Virus record (IMG/VR): IMGVR_UViG_3300015242_000023
Location: 1,802 to 65,801 of that record
Length of the DNA: 64,000 nt
Reading direction: 5' to 3' (one strand)
Source of the DNA: a virus
A program made the position numbers and the translations under genes. This document shows, one piece after another, positions 26,801-35,958 of the stretch; position 1 is the stretch's first letter, and each line of letters opens with the position of its first letter. Below the pieces are notes generated by a model, which saw only the letters and a list, made by a program, of their open reading frames with translations, ran no database searches and was not told the DNA's origin.

Positions 26801-29172
26801 TATAGCCCCAGGCCGCCGCCACCCGCCGCCCGCTTAGCGCGGCCGCCGCGCCTCAAGGCCAGTGCGGATCCATAAGTGCCCACGGCATCAAGCGCCGCAG
26901 CGTCTCCGACACCCCGCATGGCCGCGTCGGCCGCGCCGTTATCCGCCCATGCGTCCCACTTGTCCGATATCCAGTCGTAGGCGTCCTTACCTGACTTGTA
27001 GAGCTCCTTCCCGCTCTTCAATGCGCTGGCGACGCTCCCGATGGTATTTACATCGCGCGACAGTCCGCTTGATCCCGATGCGGCCGGAGCCTGAGACGCC
27101 GCGGTGGCCATCTGGAGTGGCCGTCCCGTGGCAGGCTTCGTCCCCAGGCCGCCGCTCGAACCGGCCACCTCGCGCCCCTTCTGGCCGGGCATTGTCTCGT
27201 AGAGGCTTTTCTGCAGCGCCAGAATGTCCCCCATTGTGCCCAATCCACCGCCGCCGGCGCGATGCGCGCGACCGCCGGCCCAATACGTGCCGCCATCGTC
27301 ACCCCCGACGCCAGCCGCCGCCGAGCCGCCCACGCCTGCATCACTGGACGCGCTGCCGCCTACACCACCTGAACCGCTGACGCCGCCCGATGTGCCGTCG
27401 CCTGCGTTGCCTGCCGTGCCGCTGTCATTGCCGGTAGCGGCATTGGCGCTCCCAGCATCCATCATGTTGGCCAGACCGACCGGACCAGTCGAAAGGCCGA
27501 TGCCCGGTTTCGGTGTCTCCCCCTTTGCAAGCGGGTCGACCGGCTTCAGCGGATCGAATGGCGCGCTGCCAAGTCCCGTCCCGGGCAGCGGCACCGGCAT
27601 AGGGGGACTGGCGACAGGATTGCCGCCCATATTGGGCAGCCCTGGGATGCCGCCAGCAGCGAAACCCTGATGCGCGTTGTCGACCGAGACTGATCCGCCA
27701 TCTGCCGTCGCGAGGCCGCCAAAGGCTTTGGTCGCGCGCTCATAGTCGACAGTCTTATAGCCATGGCTCTCGCCCACGGCCTCGGGCCGCACCTTCTCGA
27801 CGTCCTGCGCAAGGAAGCCGATATGGGTTTCGCCCTGTCCCTTGTACTTGAACCGGACGATCGGAATGCCGTCCTTGGTGTGGCCAAGAACCTTGATCTC
27901 ATGCTTCAGGTCCTTGTCGGAAAAATATGGCTGCGGTTGAAACGCACCGGACGTCGTGGCGCTCTGACTGCCAGATTGCGCACCCGTGCCCATGGCGATG
28001 TTCGCCAAGAACTGGGCCGTCTGGAACGGGTAGCCTTGCTGCTGCAGGAACTGGTTATACTGCGCGCTGAGATCGGCCTGTTGAGTCTGCTGCGCGACCG
28101 TTCCGGCGCCGAGCTGCGCCTGCGACTGTGAAAGATCGTTCTGCAGCGCCTGCGTCCCGAACTGATTGTAGAGTTGCGCGGCATTCGATCCGATCCCGTA
28201 ATTGGCCTGGGCGAGGCCAAGGCCCTGTCCATAGCCCTGCTGACCCATCTGGCCCTGGAACTGCCCGAGGCCCAAGCCCTGCCCGTAGACCTGCTGGCCG
28301 ATACCGGCAATCTGCCCAGCGCCCTGTTGAAGCGCCGCACGGTTAGCCTGCTCGGCACCAAGATTGACGCCCTGCTGCTGCTGGGCAGTCCCAAGCGCCT
28401 GTTGGTAATTCTGATTGTAAAGGTTGGACGCTACTTGCCCGGTGGCCAGACCCTGTTGCCGCTGCAGGTTGGCCATCGCGATACCGGTGCGATCACCACC
28501 ATAGGATCCGCTCAGGATCGAGTTGCCAATGAGATCTTGGCGATCCATTGCCTGCTGCTGCTGCAGGTTGCCCAAGGTCGACTGAACCACGGCCTCGTTG
28601 TAGGGGTTCATGTACTGGCCGATCTGGCCTTGGAGATTTTGCGGATCGACCGACTGGGTGCCCGCCATCGCCAGGCCAGTAGCACCCATGTTGTAGGGCT
28701 GCGCTTGCCCGGCGCCCTGCTGTGCCGTGTTGAGCGCGGTCTGGTTCATATCGCCCCAGCCTTGCGCCGAGGCTAGCCCCGGCTGAGCTGAATTGACGGC
28801 CGTGTTGAGCGCGCCGTTCGCGCGCGCAAAGGTAGGGTCAATCCAGTTCCGGGCCCCCGTGATCTGATTGATCGCGCTCCCTTGCGTGTCATTGACCGGC
28901 GCCACGAACTGACCGCCGTACTCCTGAAACGGCCGATCAGCCGTCTGCTCTGCCCTCGCATTCACGGCATTGTAGCGAGCCATCACTTCGGGAGGGATGG
29001 TCATCGTCGTCATGCTGTTCTGATTCGACTGGCCGCTGCCGCCCTTGCCGCCGTTCAGGATATGGCGGCTGGCGATCGATGGACCGTCATGGGTCAGGAC
29101 GCCAATGAAGCCATGGCCGTCGTCCCATGGCTGATCATCGAATAGATAGGCGGTGTGGAAGGCAACGCGCAC
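23812..29172 (-). CDS. Multidomain ejection protein: Gln/Gly-rich N-domain, internal peptidase S74 (ICA) domain, glycine-zipper, lysozyme-like domain
   Basis: YFSDKDLKHEI...GFLAQDVEKVRPEAV...VDY (about 27730-27927); AIKSIESSGRY...GAYQVM...W...DYVKK (about 26140-26490). Confidence 0.75.
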   Translation of the reverse strand: MRVAFHTAYLFDDQPWDDGHGFIGVLTHDGPSIASRHILNGGKGGSGQSNQNSMTTMTIPPEVMARYNAVNARAEQTADRPFQEYGGQFVAPVNDTQGSAINQITGARNWIDPTFARANGALNTAVNSAQPGLASAQGWGDMNQTALNTAQQGAGQAQPYNMGATGLAMAGTQSVDPQNLQGQIGQYMNPYNEAVVQSTLGNLQQQQAMDRQDLIGNSILSGSYGGDRTGIAMANLQRQQGLATGQVASNLYNQNYQQALGTAQQQQGVNLGAEQANRAALQQGAGQIAGIGQQVYGQGLGLGQFQGQMGQQGYGQGLGLAQANYGIGSNAAQLYNQFGTQALQNDLSQSQAQLGAGTVAQQTQQADLSAQYNQFLQQQGYPFQTAQFLANIAMGTGAQSGSQSATTSGAFQPQPYFSDKDLKHEIKVLGHTKDGIPIVRFKYKGQGETHIGFLAQDVEKVRPEAVGESHGYKTVDYERATKAFGGLATADGGSVSVDNAHQGFAAGGIPGLPNMGGNPVASPPMPVPLPGTGLGSAPFDPLKPVDPLAKGETPKPGIGLSTGPVGLANMMDAGSANAATGNDSGTAGNAGDGTSGGVSGSGGVGGSASSDAGVGGSAAAGVGGDDGGTYWAGGRAHRAGGGGLGTMGDILALQKSLYETMPGQKGREVAGSSGGLGTKPATGRPLQMATAASQAPAASGSSGLSRDVNTIGSVASALKSGKELYKSGKDAYDWISDKWDAWADNGAADAAMRGVGDAAALDAVGTYGSALALRRGGRAKRAAGGGGLGLYGDVNAIDIPLEDDEVAKGVNMQAQGPASRPQSGGGGGGAKGKGMGSAVGSMAGAAIGSIIPGVGTMLGGLAGGLLGTAADNMNRGGRPRRAAGGPVDEFRSLVLRARNAIKSIESSGRYDAIGPPSKNGDRPWGAYQVMGSNIPAWTKKVTGTAMTPHQFLNSPEVQDTVFDNVFGSAMVQHGSPQDAASVWFSGRPVKVAGNDRDVLGTSVPDYVKKFNAHMGYETDTQPASSAMRALRAANDTEPEAGQSGVDSGSEPTNDADVDVDLTARTLNQLGLATGGRIHKDAGGALSPDEIDELINPRGLASPSPDEAAGAPQGLATAPPQPATPPPVAPPPAAAPPAAAPVPPPPAAPEPPQTGLAAAPPDQAAALGLQSTADARNSQPGGSPGFFDKGGWMDRNERPVMTGLTFLGNMLASPSRTLAGSVGTGLAAAAQAYPAMGFKQQGIDISKQQADTQQLEKIMAALNLVSRQKANFVGSNPQASTEQFDKNLSALTGRMYDLLGTKGTGATPSQGSATDYFKTLPPAAQAFIAQARPQDVPWYWQYMANTSLDPGERSRYEQQRDQATERMRMGQAISLDGMKTIPVDKLTQSAMGLRTAEASAVGTGSQMNPAAQLDALERQSVAILGKFSHPRELPPEKRAQYEEIQRKMGTIRQSIGPVTARKHGGRIAKQGGGPLDPAMSSSADEPPPITDQNDPQFWRNRAEAAAERGNAQGQSTAMERAQQLEQERRSSGVLTDPKGVVQNVPGSKEAAAEKKWQMDVTDRNQKVADEVYARAQDGRTSKQLVQSLRNTLFDKEGKAVTSTGPYGQALGKMGSTLTQLGVDPGLVQSVVSDPSKVEEANKLAYAIAGSIKSSSYPGAGQESFLRAIETATPGVNMLPEAIKAMLGLMEKRADVEIGLPKALEGVSPTKDYRGAVLEHLSKPENLWYIQAQEPKAQAKPSAPKLGEVPSALSGIKDIQQSQSTGQWYDPTTRNVYAADGTLIGKKP

Positions 29173-29173
29173 G

Positions 29174-29683
29174 TTATGGTCCCGTCGTTCCTCCCGTCAT
29201 CTCCTCATGCGGATTGTATAGCCAATAGGAGCCGGCTGGCTTGCCAAGCACCCTCTCGTACATTCTTACCTTCGCGGCAGTGCGGTCGTTGCTCAGCACG
29301 CCGATCATTAATTTCATGTCTAGGCGCTGGGCCGTCCACTTCGCGAATTCGATCAGGCGCCGCGCCCTGCCCCCCTTGACTGCGCGGAAATCAGGATGGA
29401 CGAATATGGACCGTTCTTCAACGTATTGCGTCCGGCCGCTCCACGGCGGACCGATGCGCATCAGGATCGTGCCCTCGAGTTCGCCGTTCTCTCCGTCGAT
29501 CACCCCCATGATCCCGTTATGGAGGTTCAGCGACTCGTAGATCGTCTGCAGCGCGACGCCCTCCTCATAGTCGAGCAGCGCGCCTTCAGCCGCCGCCAGG
29601 CGAGCGATGCGCATCACAGCGTCAAGATCCTCCGGCTTGCCCACCCGGACCACGACTTCGCGAACCTGTGAACCGTCAGGCAT
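29174..29683 (-). CDS. GNAT-family acetyltransferase-like protein
   Basis: VRVGKPEDLDAV...IFVHPDFRAVKGGRARRLI: GNAT motif A. Confidence 0.7.
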   Translation of the reverse strand: MPDGSQVREVVVRVGKPEDLDAVMRIARLAAAEGALLDYEEGVALQTIYESLNLHNGIMGVIDGENGELEGTILMRIGPPWSGRTQYVEERSIFVHPDFRAVKGGRARRLIEFAKWTAQRLDMKLMIGVLSNDRTAAKVRMYERVLGKPAGSYWLYNPHEEMTGGTTGP

Positions 29684-29871
29684 CAGTCAACCGTCCCGCC
29701 GCGCCAATGCCATGGGAATTGATCGCCATATTGCGGCTGCCACGGCTGCGACGTCTGCGGCCCAGGGAAAGTCTGCGGCGACAGATAATGGACAGAGTTC
29801 GGATTGACCGGCAGACGCCGCTCAATCGCGTCCAGCTTCTCCATCAACTGCTTGAACTGCTCGTCGGTCAT
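29683..29871 (-). CDS. Small hypothetical protein
   Basis: RBS AAGAAGGA; short coiled coil then Gln/Pro-rich tail. Confidence 0.5.
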   Translation of the reverse strand: MTDEQFKQLMEKLDAIERRLPVNPNSVHYLSPQTFPGPQTSQPWQPQYGDQFPWHWRGGTVD

Positions 29872-29873
29872 GG

Positions 29874-30554
29874 TCAGTCCTTCTTGGGCGGAGGAAGTTT
29901 GCGCAGCGTCTTCACGAGCTCGGCGCGGAAGTGCGGAACCCACGCATCCAAGATCGCATGGCCGGTCGCAAGATCACCGTTGCCGAACATCCGAACGTCG
30001 CCATCGGAGTAAACATGCTCTCCGCCGGCCGCAACGATCGGCACGCCGCGCGCAGTACCGACTGCCTCACCGCCATCCGCATGCGGCTTCGGCACGTCAT
30101 AGGGCATTGCCTCCTGGTCATAGGGCGCGCCCTTCGGCGAACCGTATGGCGTCGAACCGACACCCATCGGCATCCCAGCGCCGGCCTTCTTCTTGCCGTA
30201 GAACGTCTGAGCGAACAGTTTGGGCAGGTTCTTGGCGATTTTGAACCCCGCCATGGTATTACCTTCGCCGAGCCCGGACACGATGTCGGCCGGCAGCACA
30301 TAGGCGCCGTCAGGGACGTGCATTGGGAGGTGGTCAGTTCGTCCGGCGACGCTACTCATGATCGGGCCGGAGTGGTGCATGGTCGCCTTGGCGGCGATCG
30401 GCTTGGCCGGTCCGCCCTCAGCGCGCCGCTTGCGGTTATCCCGCGCCATGCGCATCGCTGCGGCAACCGCTTGGTCCTGCGGGCGACCAGCATTCATCAT
30501 TTCGACGATGTTCGAACTCTTCGTGGCGTTGCTCGTTCCCGGTGTCAGCGGCAT
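29874..30554 (-). CDS. Internal virion protein
   Basis: QAVAAAMRMAR, RAEGG/HADGG motifs, GRTDHLPMHVPDGAYVLPAD (G..D.I....GE.V-like motif of phage internal proteins). Confidence 0.6.
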   Translation of the reverse strand: MPLTPGTSNATKSSNIVEMMNAGRPQDQAVAAAMRMARDNRKRRAEGGPAKPIAAKATMHHSGPIMSSVAGRTDHLPMHVPDGAYVLPADIVSGLGEGNTMAGFKIAKNLPKLFAQTFYGKKKAGAGMPMGVGSTPYGSPKGAPYDQEAMPYDVPKPHADGGEAVGTARGVPIVAAGGEHVYSDGDVRMFGNGDLATGHAILDAWVPHFRAELVKTLRKLPPPKKD

Positions 30555-30556
30555 TC

Positions 30557-30940
30557 TTAAACCCGAGCGTAGAAGAAGGCGGCCTTCTGTGCCGCCCCTG
30601 GCTTATACACAAGACCGTTGGCAAAGACCATGTTCACAGCTTGGAAACCCGTGGCCGCTGGAACTACAGACACCTGAGCCGTAGCAGAGGCCGTGGCGAT
30701 CGATGATGCATCGTAGAGCCCTCCCGTAGCGCCAGCCACGACCACAGACACACCGGTCACGCGCACGAACCCTGGGACAATGAGAGTATCGATCGAGAGC
30801 TGTCCCGATGGATTGCTCGGGACCTGTGCGCTCAGCGCGTTGGCGATCGTATTCGCCGCCTGTACTGCATTCTGCAACGACGTCACGATGTCGGTGACAG
30901 AGTTGCCGATGCTGGAATTTTGGGTGGTGGGCAATGCCAT
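30557..30940 (-). CDS. Virion structural protein
   Basis: Coupled downstream of the nozzle gene; Ala/Val/Ser-rich beta-type composition. Confidence 0.6.
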   Translation of the reverse strand: MALPTTQNSSIGNSVTDIVTSLQNAVQAANTIANALSAQVPSNPSGQLSIDTLIVPGFVRVTGVSVVVAGATGGLYDASSIATASATAQVSVVPAATGFQAVNMVFANGLVYKPGAAQKAAFFYARV

Positions 30941-33073
30941 TTACAAAAACTTCCCATCTGGTTGGAAGCGATAGCGCATATTTCCAAGTCGCCAGAAGGT
31001 GCCAATGTCGACATTCTCAAACTTCATTGCCACCAAGCGCCCGCGGAATCGCGGGGTGATATAGCGCACTGCTGTTGACAGGGTGAACGGTCCGTAGGTG
31101 CGCGGGTTTTGGTCAGTGGGATATTCAACGACATAGAATGTCAAAAGCACCTCGGCGTTGGTCGCCGGCGGGTAGCCCCACTTCATGTCCGGCCAGACCT
31201 GGTCGACGAACATCAGAACGTCGGCCTCGCTCAGCACGAAATATCCGGTGGTGAAAGACGCCAACAGCGGTTGCCCATCGGCGTCGTTCGACGTCTCATG
31301 CTGTTGGATGTAGTTGGTCGTGGGATCAGCGCCGACAGGAGGCCCGACTACCGACTGGTTGATCCAGGCTGACCGCGGCAGTTGCCCGATATCCCACGAC
31401 GTGTCGCCCAGTGTCACGTTCATCTTGACGTAGGAGTCGACCTCACCGTTTCCGTCGGCGCTGGCAAAGAACCACTCTATTTCGTTGAAGTTGGAATTCG
31501 TCGCGCAGCGGATCAGGCCTTCCGAACCTGGGAACAGACGCGGGAAGATGTAATCCCATACCGGGCATTGCACTGGCTGCACACCGCCGGCATAGGTGTA
31601 GAACTGCGATGGTCCCATCCAATAAACGACGCCGCCGATCGTGCCGGTCGCCTTCTGGGCAATCAGGCCGCAACCAACACCGACTTCGTTGAACGAATAG
31701 ACCGATCGCGAGACGTTGCCGGGGCCGATGTACTGCATCACCCATAGGCCTAGATCGGTCCACAGCAACCCCTGCGTCGACACCTGCATGCCGCCCACGA
31801 TCTTGGAGCCGCGGGGGATGCGGAACTGGCCAGCCTGGTTCGTCACCTGGCCGATCCATTGGAAGAAGTTGTCGACGTCGCACCAGCGCACCAGTAGCGG
31901 ATCCGGCACGCCCGTGACCGTCGTGCCGTAAGCCACGATCTGCCGCTGCGGCATAGCCACGAACATGCCAGCGCTCGAGGATGGCCCAGCCCATATCGCT
32001 GTCGCATTGATCAGATTCAGCGACGGCGACCAGTAGAAGATTGGGCCGCCCATCTCGGTGTCGTTGTCGGGACTGCCAAATGTCGTGAGCGTGGGCAGCG
32101 ACAGCAAGACCTCGCCGAAATTGTCCAGGTTCCAATCACGCGTGGCGATCTGAGTACCTGTCGAGGGCGTGGGCGACGTGCCGCTGCCATAGCCTCCCTC
32201 ACCATATCCGCCTACACCATATCCAACTCCCGGCGGGTTCGGTGCGAACGACAGATAGTAGTTGTAGCGCGCGCTACCGCCGTTGATGGCTTTGGTTTCG
32301 GTAGAATTCGCTGTCTCGCGCCCGAAGATGCGGAATGTGTTTTGGTCGATGACGGCTTGCACAATAGCATTGCCCGACAACGTGACGCCGCCGACTGTGG
32401 TCTCAACCATCACTGGATACGTGTCTCCGATGATATAGCCATGATTATTGAGCGAAACATCAATGATCGCCGAACCGCTAGTGGCGTTGAAAACTGCGAC
32501 TGCACCACCGTTGGAAACGTTGACAGGCGGCATCACCGGGTTGCCCAGCGCATCTCGCATTGTGACATCGTAGGTGGTCGCACTGAACGGCAGCGTCAGA
32601 TATGACCCGTAGAGGATCATGCTTCCCACTGCTATATGCGTGGCGATGAAGACCGTATCGAACTCGGTGGTCGTGATGCTGTTGTCGATGATTCTGGCGA
32701 AGGTGCTTGCCGTCGACAGCGTCACATTCGGCGGTACGTTGTCCTGCTGAACCCGCGGTGTGATGTCGGTGAGTTGGCCACCTGTGATGAAACCAAGGAA
32801 CGATACGCCCGTCGAATTGCTGATGTCGGTGCCGACTGCCAAGCGCTTCACCGCCTGGGTATCCTCCCACGCCCACAGGGCACGCGGCGTCGCCGGCATC
32901 GCATTCGGATAGTAGCGCGTCCAACCGCCCAGTTTTTGGATCAGCGCCGGTTGATTGGGATTGGGATCTGGCATGTACCGGATGAGCTGGGACACGCTTA
33001 TAGCTGCAGTGTTCAGCGCCGGCGTCCGGTTCACATCCACCGAAGGCAGGAGTGTCAGTGGCGCGTGCGGCAC
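30941..33073 (-). CDS. Tail nozzle / packaged-DNA stabilisation protein (P22 gp10, T7 gp12-like)
   Basis: 710 aa with beta-propeller-like W/D repeats (VRWCDVDNFFQW, GVVYWMG); follows the adaptor gene. Confidence 0.7.
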   Translation of the reverse strand: MPHAPLTLLPSVDVNRTPALNTAAISVSQLIRYMPDPNPNQPALIQKLGGWTRYYPNAMPATPRALWAWEDTQAVKRLAVGTDISNSTGVSFLGFITGGQLTDITPRVQQDNVPPNVTLSTASTFARIIDNSITTTEFDTVFIATHIAVGSMILYGSYLTLPFSATTYDVTMRDALGNPVMPPVNVSNGGAVAVFNATSGSAIIDVSLNNHGYIIGDTYPVMVETTVGGVTLSGNAIVQAVIDQNTFRIFGRETANSTETKAINGGSARYNYYLSFAPNPPGVGYGVGGYGEGGYGSGTSPTPSTGTQIATRDWNLDNFGEVLLSLPTLTTFGSPDNDTEMGGPIFYWSPSLNLINATAIWAGPSSSAGMFVAMPQRQIVAYGTTVTGVPDPLLVRWCDVDNFFQWIGQVTNQAGQFRIPRGSKIVGGMQVSTQGLLWTDLGLWVMQYIGPGNVSRSVYSFNEVGVGCGLIAQKATGTIGGVVYWMGPSQFYTYAGGVQPVQCPVWDYIFPRLFPGSEGLIRCATNSNFNEIEWFFASADGNGEVDSYVKMNVTLGDTSWDIGQLPRSAWINQSVVGPPVGADPTTNYIQQHETSNDADGQPLLASFTTGYFVLSEADVLMFVDQVWPDMKWGYPPATNAEVLLTFYVVEYPTDQNPRTYGPFTLSTAVRYITPRFRGRLVAMKFENVDIGTFWRLGNMRYRFQPDGKFL

Positions 33074-33076
33074 GTC

Positions 33077-33814
33077 CTATCCCCTAGTGGGAGAGGCAAC
33101 CGGAGTCGGCGACATGGACGTCCAGCCCGGCCCAGCAAATTTTTTGCGAGTCTCTTCTGCAATAGCAGTGGCTAGGTGGCGGTCATATTGTTTCTGCCAA
33201 GACACCGCGATCTCAGGATCATCCATCATGCCCGCACGGCCAAAATTGCGTTGGTATCCTGAAATGAACACCATCGACGCAGCCAACATCAGGTCCGGCA
33301 CGTTCATCGAAATCCAAGTCGACGTATTGCCAGAGGACAGCGATGCGGGACGAATCGTACCGATGATCTCGACGCTATAGCCTACATCCGGCCATGGACC
33401 GAAGATGACCGTCGTGTCGTTGCTCTGGGTCTGATTGAACGGGGCGAACAGCGTAGGCATGGCAGCGCCAGTGGCGCTCCCCCACTCGAAATCCAGCCGC
33501 TCCTTGGTGGTCGGCAGACACGGGTTGCGGCTGCCTGTGCCCACAGTGGCGCCCGCCGGCGTGATGACGTTGATCTGCTGTAGCGTCACGAGCCCTTCGC
33601 TGGCCGGGATGACCAGCGCCCGATTGTTGGGCGTCAGGGTCTGGCTGGGCAGCGCCGATACCGTCGAGAGTAGGTCGAGATCGCGGTAGATGGCGAGCTC
33701 GGCCCAATCTATCGCCGATGGCAGATTGGCGACATAGTCGACGTTGGTTTCCTCGACCACAGCCAAGCGGGCGAGTTCCGTCGTATATTGCGCGTAGGTT
33801 AGCCCGGCCACCAT
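33077..33814 (-). CDS. Head-tail adaptor protein
   Basis: LTYAQY...IDWAELAIYRDL...FGPWPD..Y: connector-type pattern; position before the nozzle. Confidence 0.65.
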   Translation of the reverse strand: MVAGLTYAQYTTELARLAVVEETNVDYVANLPSAIDWAELAIYRDLDLLSTVSALPSQTLTPNNRALVIPASEGLVTLQQINVITPAGATVGTGSRNPCLPTTKERLDFEWGSATGAAMPTLFAPFNQTQSNDTTVIFGPWPDVGYSVEIIGTIRPASLSSGNTSTWISMNVPDLMLAASMVFISGYQRNFGRAGMMDDPEIAVSWQKQYDRHLATAIAEETRKKFAGPGWTSMSPTPVASPTRG

Positions 33815-33829
33815 TCCGGCACTGTAACC

Positions 33830-34030
33830 TTAGGCCGGGTCCTGGTCCAACTGCGCGGTCAGGGCGTCGAGCTTGGCGTTGATGGCCTGCCATTGCGCGT
33901 CGGTGGGATCGGTTGAGCTCTCCGAAGCCGCCGTGATCTCATCGATCAGGTCTTTGACATCGAGGCCCGCGCGAATAGCGCCCGGTAGGATGCCAATCGC
34001 CTGAACGAGAATGGGGACGATACCAATCAT
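33830..34030 (-). CDS. Small hypothetical protein
   Basis: RBS AAGGAA; amphipathic helices. Confidence 0.55.
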   Translation of the reverse strand: MIGIVPILVQAIGILPGAIRAGLDVKDLIDEITAASESSTDPTDAQWQAINAKLDALTAQLDQDPA

Positions 34031-34032
34031 GA

Positions 34033-34404
34033 TCAGTTCCTTTTGTACAAGGTGACGATCTCTTTGAACGAGTCGACGGCGTTGCCTGCTGCGGTCACAG
34101 CAAGCTGCGCAGTATTACCCTTCACCGCCGGATCGCGCACGGTGTTCTCGGCCGAATCAAGCGCCGAGCGCGCCGCCAGGTTGGCTTTGCGCATGGCCTC
34201 GACTGCTCCTTGGCTTGAGCAGAGCGCGGGCGACGTCGGGCGGCCGCAGCGGGGGAGCTTGTTGTACTCGACGGCACCGGTCAGCACCGCTGCATAGGCG
34301 AGCTTGGCTTGGTAAACCGAGGTCGCTGCAGAGCCGCTGCCCTGATCCGGGGTGGTGCACGCCACAAGGAAAAGCAACGCGCCGACAAGAAGTAATCTGA
34401 TCAT
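34033..34404 (-). CDS. Lipoprotein (spanin-like lysis accessory)
   Basis: Lipobox LVAC in MIRLLLVGALLFLVACTTP; lies in the lysis cassette. Confidence 0.65.
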   Translation of the reverse strand: MIRLLLVGALLFLVACTTPDQGSGSAATSVYQAKLAYAAVLTGAVEYNKLPRCGRPTSPALCSSQGAVEAMRKANLAARSALDSAENTVRDPAVKGNTAQLAVTAAGNAVDSFKEIVTLYKRN

Positions 34405-34414
34405 GGGGTCCTCC

Positions 34415-34831
34415 TTAGACCTTGGTGCCCAGTTTGGCGTCTGCCTCATTCTGGGTTTCGCTCACAATGTTGGGATGTGCCGGCGATGACGCTGCTGCAG
34501 CCAAGGCGCCGTTCGCAGTATCTTTGATGACGACCGTGGCCACCTCGGGAGTTGCCTCGGCAATCTTCACCTTGGTCAAGCTGGATACTTGGCTCAAGGC
34601 AGCCGTCGCCGCCTGAGGCGACAGTTCGGTAATACTCTCGATCTTGGCCTTTGGGCTGAGGATCTTAAGCAAGAATGGCACGATCAGGATCGGTGTCAGG
34701 ATGGTTGCCGTACTGAGGATGGCTTCGATCGTGGTATTGTCGACGTTGAAGACGGTTGCCAAGAGCTTGGCGATAGGGCCCGATCCGGCGAGAAGCGCCA
34801 GCAGAGCCGCGTTAAGTTGATCCTTGGTCAT
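34415..34831 (-). CDS. Holin-like membrane protein
   Basis: Two N-terminal hydrophobic segments; immediately after the endolysin. Confidence 0.55.
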   Translation of the reverse strand: MTKDQLNAALLALLAGSGPIAKLLATVFNVDNTTIEAILSTATILTPILIVPFLLKILSPKAKIESITELSPQAATAALSQVSSLTKVKIAEATPEVATVVIKDTANGALAAAASSPAHPNIVSETQNEADAKLGTKV

Positions 34832-35607
34832 GTGAGTCCTAAAGCAGCCTTGGTGAGGGGACCGACAAAACCATCCGGTTCCAGGCCGCGTTCGCTCTGG
34901 ATGGCCTTCACTGCCGCTTCAGTTTTGGGGCCAAACACCCCGTCAACAGGATCAAAGCCTAAGGCAAGCTGAAGCGCCATCACATCGCGCCCGCTCATGC
35001 CGCGGCGCAGAGTTGCGCTGGACGGCGCCGCTTCGGTTGACGTCACATAGTGTGCGCGGGCGGCACTGATTTTGTCGGCATAATAATCGACCTGCCCGGG
35101 GCCATTGTAGAGCAGGGCGAATGTCCGATCGTCATGGTTGCGGAGCGCTTTCAGCATCACCGGGTTGTTGCGCACGAAGCCAATGAACGCCGCCATATCC
35201 GCGTCGTCATCATCCTTGATGGCCTCGACGAACATCTGAACCGTTGGAAAGCCGACCACCTTGTGATTGAAGCCCATGATCTGGAACAGGCCCCAGGATG
35301 CGCTCTTCAGAGCTGCGGTTTCATTCAAAGCCACAGCCTCAGCCATGCGGTCGTACTCGCGCGCGCCGCCTTTGTAGAGCGACTTGTTCCAAGTCGGCGA
35401 CGAGATATTGGGATGGCTCTGGTCATACTGCCCATTGGTGAAATTGTGGAACCACTGGGCCTCGAATAGGATTTGCGGGCGACCGTCCGGCAGATCCTTG
35501 CGGCCGCCACTCTCAACCTCCGCAATTGCAAGGATATCCGAGGCCGTGACGCCCCCGCCGAGTTCATTGACGATTTTCTGAGCTTTACCGCGAGAGAATA
35601 TGGCCAT
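34828..35607 (-). CDS. Endolysin: N-acetylmuramidase (DUF3380-type) plus C-terminal peptidoglycan-binding domain
   Basis: AEVESGG...PQILFEAQWF...SASWGLFQIMGFN; DGVFGPKTEAAVKAIQ...DGFVGPLT. Confidence 0.92.
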   Translation of the reverse strand: MAIFSRGKAQKIVNELGGGVTASDILAIAEVESGGRKDLPDGRPQILFEAQWFHNFTNGQYDQSHPNISSPTWNKSLYKGGAREYDRMAEAVALNETAALKSASWGLFQIMGFNHKVVGFPTVQMFVEAIKDDDDADMAAFIGFVRNNPVMLKALRNHDDRTFALLYNGPGQVDYYADKISAARAHYVTSTEAAPSSATLRRGMSGRDVMALQLALGFDPVDGVFGPKTEAAVKAIQSERGLEPDGFVGPLTKAALGLT

Positions 35608-35616
35608 GATCTCTTT

Positions 35617-35958
35617 TTATCCCCCATTGAGCGATTGATACGCCTGCATGAAGGCAGCTTTGGCCTGAGTTGCTGTACGTCCGGCCATTATAGACGCGGC
35701 CAGAAGCACGGCCTTCAATTTCTTATCCAGATTGTCAGAGTTGGCATTGTCGATCACTGGCGGGGGCACGAAGGGAAGTGCTGTAAAAATGCCGTCGACA
35801 AACATAATGCCGCCATTTGGCGCGTTCGCCAATCCGCGTAGGATAGTGGACTGAATTGGAGATATCTGGAAAGACGCACCACCATCAGGTGGCGTTGGTG
35901 ATCCCCCATCGCTCAGCATGACGATCAGACCGCTTGCATCGGTGCATATCGTAATCAT
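35617..35958 (-). CDS. Tail-fibre-associated small protein
   Basis: Downstream of and overlapping a fibre gene. Confidence 0.5.
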   Translation of the reverse strand: MITICTDASGLIVMLSDGGSPTPPDGGASFQISPIQSTILRGLANAPNGGIMFVDGIFTALPFVPPPVIDNANSDNLDKKLKAVLLAASIMAGRTATQAKAAFMQAYQSLNGG

